Below are positions 26,627-32,000 of a DNA stretch of 32,000 bases, piece after piece. Positions within the stretch are counted from its first letter, which is position 1; the number at the start of each line of letters is the position of its first letter. This DNA is from Pseudomonas aeruginosa (GTDB lineage Bacteria > Pseudomonadota > Gammaproteobacteria > Pseudomonadales > Pseudomonadaceae). The stretch spans positions 1,080,001 to 1,112,000 of the forward strand of contig NZ_LN831024.1 in assembly GCF_001457615.1 (NCBI RefSeq), written 5' to 3'. Position numbers and translations under genes: made by a program. The notes under the pieces were generated by a model, which was given only the letters and a program-made list of their open reading frames with translations, ran no database searches and had not been told where the DNA came from.

Positions 26627-27135
26627 ACCGCCAACGCCTGCTCCTCGGCGTCGCCGGACGCCTGTTGCCGCTGGCGGCGAAGGTTCCGCGCGGGCTCCAG
26701 CACCTGGTCCTGCAACGGGTCGCCAACCGGCTGTTCGCCCAGCCGCTGGAGGAGGGCGCCTTCGACCTGCTGGAAGGTCGCTGGCTGCGCCTGGAAGTCA
26801 GGGACCTCGGCGTCGGCTGGTGCGTCACCCGGGTGCCCGGCGGCCTGCGCCTGGTCGAACGGCCACGGGCCAGCGTGACCATCCGTGGCGACTGGCGCGA
26901 CTTCCTGCTGCTGGCCAGCCGGCATGAGGACCCGGATACCCTGTTCTTCCGCCGCCGCCTGGTGATCGAGGGCGACACCGAGCTGGGCCTGGCGGTCAAG
27001 AACCTCCTCGACAGCCTCGACCCGGAGCACCTGCCGCCCTGGTTGTGGAACGCCGTGGAACGGGCCGGGCGGGCAGTGCAGGAGGAGCGCGGCGAGGCGC
27101 CCCAGGGGCCGGTCCAGGGCGCGCGGGGCGGCTGA
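26620..27135 (+). CDS. ubiT: SCP2-domain lipid carrier protein UbiT
   Basis: 171 aa, overlaps the ubiV stop by 7 bp; WLRLEVRDLGVGWCVTRVPGGLRLVE...DTLFFRRRLVIEGDTELGLAVKNLLDSLD, SCP2-like; position after ubiUV. Confidence 0.88.
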   Translation: MLNRQRLLLGVAGRLLPLAAKVPRGLQHLVLQRVANRLFAQPLEEGAFDLLEGRWLRLEVRDLGVGWCVTRVPGGLRLVERPRASVTIRGDWRDFLLLASRHEDPDTLFFRRRLVIEGDTELGLAVKNLLDSLDPEHLPPWLWNAVERAGRAVQEERGEAPQGPVQGARGG

Positions 27136-27362
27136 GGTCGGTGGAAAGGGGCGTATAGCGACGCCAATGTCGCTGGGCGCGCCCCTCCGATTGGGTGTAT
27201 TCCCTGAAGCCTGAAACTCACTGAAGCTCTTTTCAGCGAGGCAACGCCCGGTTCGTTGCCGCATGGGCGGCGCGGAGCGAATGGGCGTTTCCCCTGACCA
27301 AACGGATAGCCTGTCTGTCCCCGTAACGCCCCTGTCAACTTGCCCCGGTAAACCGGACCTTC

Positions 27363-28949
27363 GTGAAGCCTGCGGAGAACTCCGGTATGAGTGGGATGGA
27401 CCTCAAGCGCCGCCGCGTCGTGCAAGGCCTGGGCGCTGGACTGCTGTTGCCGGCGCTGGGCGCGCCGGCGGTGATCGCCTCGCCCAGGGCGCGGCCGAAG
27501 CTGACCGATGGCGTGCAATCCGGCGATGTGCAGGGCGACCGCGCGCTGGTCTGGAGCCGCACCGACCGCCCGGCGCGGATGATCGTCGAATGGGACACCC
27601 GTAGCGTCTTCAGCGAGCCGCGTCGGCTGGTCTCGCCGGTCACCGACGAGCGCCTCGACTACACCGCGCGCATCGACCTGCGTGGCCTGCCGGCCGACCA
27701 GTCGATCTTCTACCGGGTGCGCTTCGAGGATGCCCGCGACGGCAGCCTGAGCAAGCCCTGGTTCGGCCACCTGCGCAGTGCGCCGAGCGAGGCGCGCAAT
27801 ATCCGTTTCGTCTGGAGCGGCGACACCTGCGGGCAAGGTTTCGGGATCAATCCGGATATCGGCGGCATGCGTATCTACGAAGCCATGCGCCGGCGCCAGC
27901 CGGATTTCTTCCTGCACAGCGGCGACACCATCTATGCCGATGGGCCGATCCCCGAGCGCATCGAGACCGAGAGCGGGCGCATCTGGCGCAACCGGGTGAC
28001 CGAGGCCAAGAGCAAGGTCGCCGAGACCCTCGACGAGTTCCGCGGCAACTACCGCTACAACCTGCTCGACGACAACCTGCGCCGCTTCAACGCCGAGGTG
28101 CCGCAGATCTGGCAATGGGATGACCACGAGACCACCAACAACTGGTCCTCCAGCAAGCAGCTCGACGAGCGCTACCAGGTGAAGGACATCGACGTGCTGG
28201 CGGCCCGTGCACGCCAGGCGTTCCTCGAATACGCGCCGCTGCGCTTCCAGCGCCAGGGGCGCGACGGGCGGATCTACCGCAAGGTCGCCTACGGCCCTTT
28301 GCTCGACGTGTTCGTCCTCGACATGCGCAGCTACCGCGGCGGCAACAGCGCCAACCTGCAGGCGCGGCGCAGCGCCGCCACCGATTTCCTCGGCCGTGAA
28401 CAGTTGCAATGGCTCAAGCGCGAGTTGCGCGGTTCGCGCGCGCAGTGGAAGGTGATCGCCGCCGACATGCCGATCGGCCTCTGCGTGCCCGATGGCAAGG
28501 ACGCCCAGGGCCGCGACCGCTGGGAGGCCATCGCCAACGGCAACGACGGCGCCGCCCTCGGCCGCGAGCTGGAGATCGCCGACCTGCTGCGCTTCGTCCA
28601 GCGCGCCGAGGTGCGCAACACCGTCTGGCTGACCGCCGACGTGCATTACTGCGCAGCCCACCACTACAGCCCGGAGCGCGCCGCGTTCAAGGACTTCGCG
28701 CCGTTCTGGGAGTTCGTCGCCGGGCCTCTCAATGCCGGTAGTTTCGGACCCAACGCGCTGGATGGCACGTTCGGCCCGCAGGTGATGTTCCAGAAGGCCC
28801 CGCTGGTCCAGAACAGTTCCCCCTTCGCCGGCTACCAGTTCTTCGGCGAGGTGGAGATCGATGCGCAAAGCCGCGCGCTCACCGTCACCCTGCGCGACCT
28901 CGACGGCGAGCCGGTGTTTTCCCAGGAACTGCAGCCCGACGGCGCCTGA
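27363..28949 (+). CDS. eddA: PhoD-like alkaline phosphatase/phosphodiesterase with Tat signal (EddA)
   Basis: Twin-arginine MDLKRRRVVQGLGAGLLLPALGAPAVIA; FRVRFEDARDGSLSKPWFGHLRSAP, FVWSGDTCGQGFGI, DFFLHSGDTIYADGP, WDDHETTNNWS, WLTADVHYCAAHHYSP. Alternative starts at 27387/27396. Confidence 0.88.
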   Translation: MKPAENSGMSGMDLKRRRVVQGLGAGLLLPALGAPAVIASPRARPKLTDGVQSGDVQGDRALVWSRTDRPARMIVEWDTRSVFSEPRRLVSPVTDERLDYTARIDLRGLPADQSIFYRVRFEDARDGSLSKPWFGHLRSAPSEARNIRFVWSGDTCGQGFGINPDIGGMRIYEAMRRRQPDFFLHSGDTIYADGPIPERIETESGRIWRNRVTEAKSKVAETLDEFRGNYRYNLLDDNLRRFNAEVPQIWQWDDHETTNNWSSSKQLDERYQVKDIDVLAARARQAFLEYAPLRFQRQGRDGRIYRKVAYGPLLDVFVLDMRSYRGGNSANLQARRSAATDFLGREQLQWLKRELRGSRAQWKVIAADMPIGLCVPDGKDAQGRDRWEAIANGNDGAALGRELEIADLLRFVQRAEVRNTVWLTADVHYCAAHHYSPERAAFKDFAPFWEFVAGPLNAGSFGPNALDGTFGPQVMFQKAPLVQNSSPFAGYQFFGEVEIDAQSRALTVTLRDLDGEPVFSQELQPDGA

Positions 28950-28985
28950 GCCGCGGCGACCCCATTCCGATAAAGGAGTATCCCG

Positions 28986-31328
<2,343 letters not shown>

Positions 31329-31357
31329 GCAGCGGATAGCGCCCGTGGCGTTGGTCG

Positions 31358-31397
31358 CCATGCAGAAAGGCCACCCTCGGGTGGCCTTTCTGCATGG
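31358..31397. terminator. Very strong perfect inverted repeat downstream of eddB (likely terminator)
   Basis: ccatgcagaaaggccaccc-tc-gggtggcctttctgcatgg, perfect 19-bp arms. Confidence 0.8.
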
Positions 31398-31408
31398 CAC
31401 GTGGGCCT

Positions 31409-31488
31409 GTAGGGCGAATAACCGCTTGCGGTTATCCGCCGTTGTGGCGGGATCTCGGCGGATAACGCCGGTGGCGTATTCGCCCCAC
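31409..31488. repeat. REP-like inverted pair, same family as 5074-5180
   Basis: gtagggcgaataaccgcttgcggttatccgccg (31409-31441) and inverted cggcggataacgccggtggcgtattcgccccac (31456-31488). Confidence 0.85.
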
Positions 31489-31519
31489 GGAACGCAGGCG
31501 GCTTTTGCTTCGTACGTCG

Positions 31520-32000
31520 TCAACCGCGCAGCGGCGGCAGGTAGCCCAGTTCCATCAGCTTGATGTCCGCTTCGCCGACGCGCTCGAAATGTTCGCGACG
31601 GGTTTCGTCCATCGGTTCGCGGCCGTTCAGCAGCAGGGTGCCACGGCCGGGAATGTCGACCAGCTCCGTAGCCGCCGGGAAGTCCGTGGCCCTTAGCGGA
31701 TGCGGGCAGAAGCCGATCCAGCCGATGCTGCGGCGGTCCGGGAAGGTCCGCTGGTGTACGAAGTACGCATGCGGAGCGAGCATGCCCCAGGTCGTTTCGG
31801 GCCAGATTTCCAGCGCCGCGAGGAAGATCGCGACGAAGGAGGAAGCCGGTGCGTCGAACACTTGCAGCAGGCTGCCGGCATCTTCCAACTGGAGCCTGGA
31901 CGAGACGGCCCTGCCGCTGGCCTCGTAGTCCAGCGACAACCCGCCCTTGAGCGGATCCTCCTCGCCGTTCCATAGCACCAGTTCCACCGCCCGGGTGCGT
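31520..32000 (-). CDS. Conserved protein of unknown function (N-terminus off right edge)
   Basis: Reverse-strand ORF reads in to the window edge (RTRAVELVLWNGEEDPLKGGLSLDYEASGRAVSSRLQLEDAGSLLQVF...LRG*); no start required inside the window. Confidence 0.75.
   Translation of the reverse strand, partial: RTRAVELVLWNGEEDPLKGGLSLDYEASGRAVSSRLQLEDAGSLLQVFDAPASSFVAIFLAALEIWPETTWGMLAPHAYFVHQRTFPDRRSIGWIGFCPHPLRATDFPAATELVDIPGRGTLLLNGREPMDETRREHFERVGEADIKLMELGYLPPLRG

Noticed and set aside
31409-31488. CRISPR-like repeat arrangement
   Set aside because: Only two inverted (not direct, regularly spaced) units and no cas genes; better explained as REP/BIME elements.

Overview
This window looks like ordinary core chromosome of Pseudomonas aeruginosa (my recognition of the gene order; no database was run). 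It is GC-rich and densely coding. I see no tRNA/rRNA, phage or IS element, or CRISPR array. Left to right it contains: (1) the 5' part of a minus-strand AAA+ enhancer-binding-protein-type regulator whose GAFTGA motif is degenerate (GAHNGP); (2) an orphan MetQ/NlpA-like binding protein; (3) cioA-cioB plus a small DUF2474/CydX-like ORF; (4) an intergenic cluster of REP-like inverted repeats; (5) a divergent AraC regulator / MFS transporter pair; (6) a thiolase and an AMP-forming acyl-CoA ligase; (7) a DUF1302 + DUF1329 pair followed by a MalT-like LuxR regulator whose recognisable N-terminus extends upstream of any normal in-frame start codon; (8) a CopA-type Cu+ ATPase with a CueR-type operator; (9) a PIN-PhoH ATPase; (10) molybdopterin genes moaC-moaD-moaE-moaB-moeA; (11) O2-independent ubiquinone genes ubiU-ubiV-ubiT preceded by a good Anr/Dnr-like box; (12) the eddA-eddB extracellular DNA-utilisation pair; (13) a partial conserved ORF on the minus strand. 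I do not find convincing evidence of a wholly new system. The leads most worth following are the degenerate GAFTGA regulator, the 5' anomaly of the MalT-like regulator, the DUF1302/DUF1329/acyl-CoA ligase/thiolase neighbourhood, and the candidate Anr boxes linking cioAB and ubiUVT.
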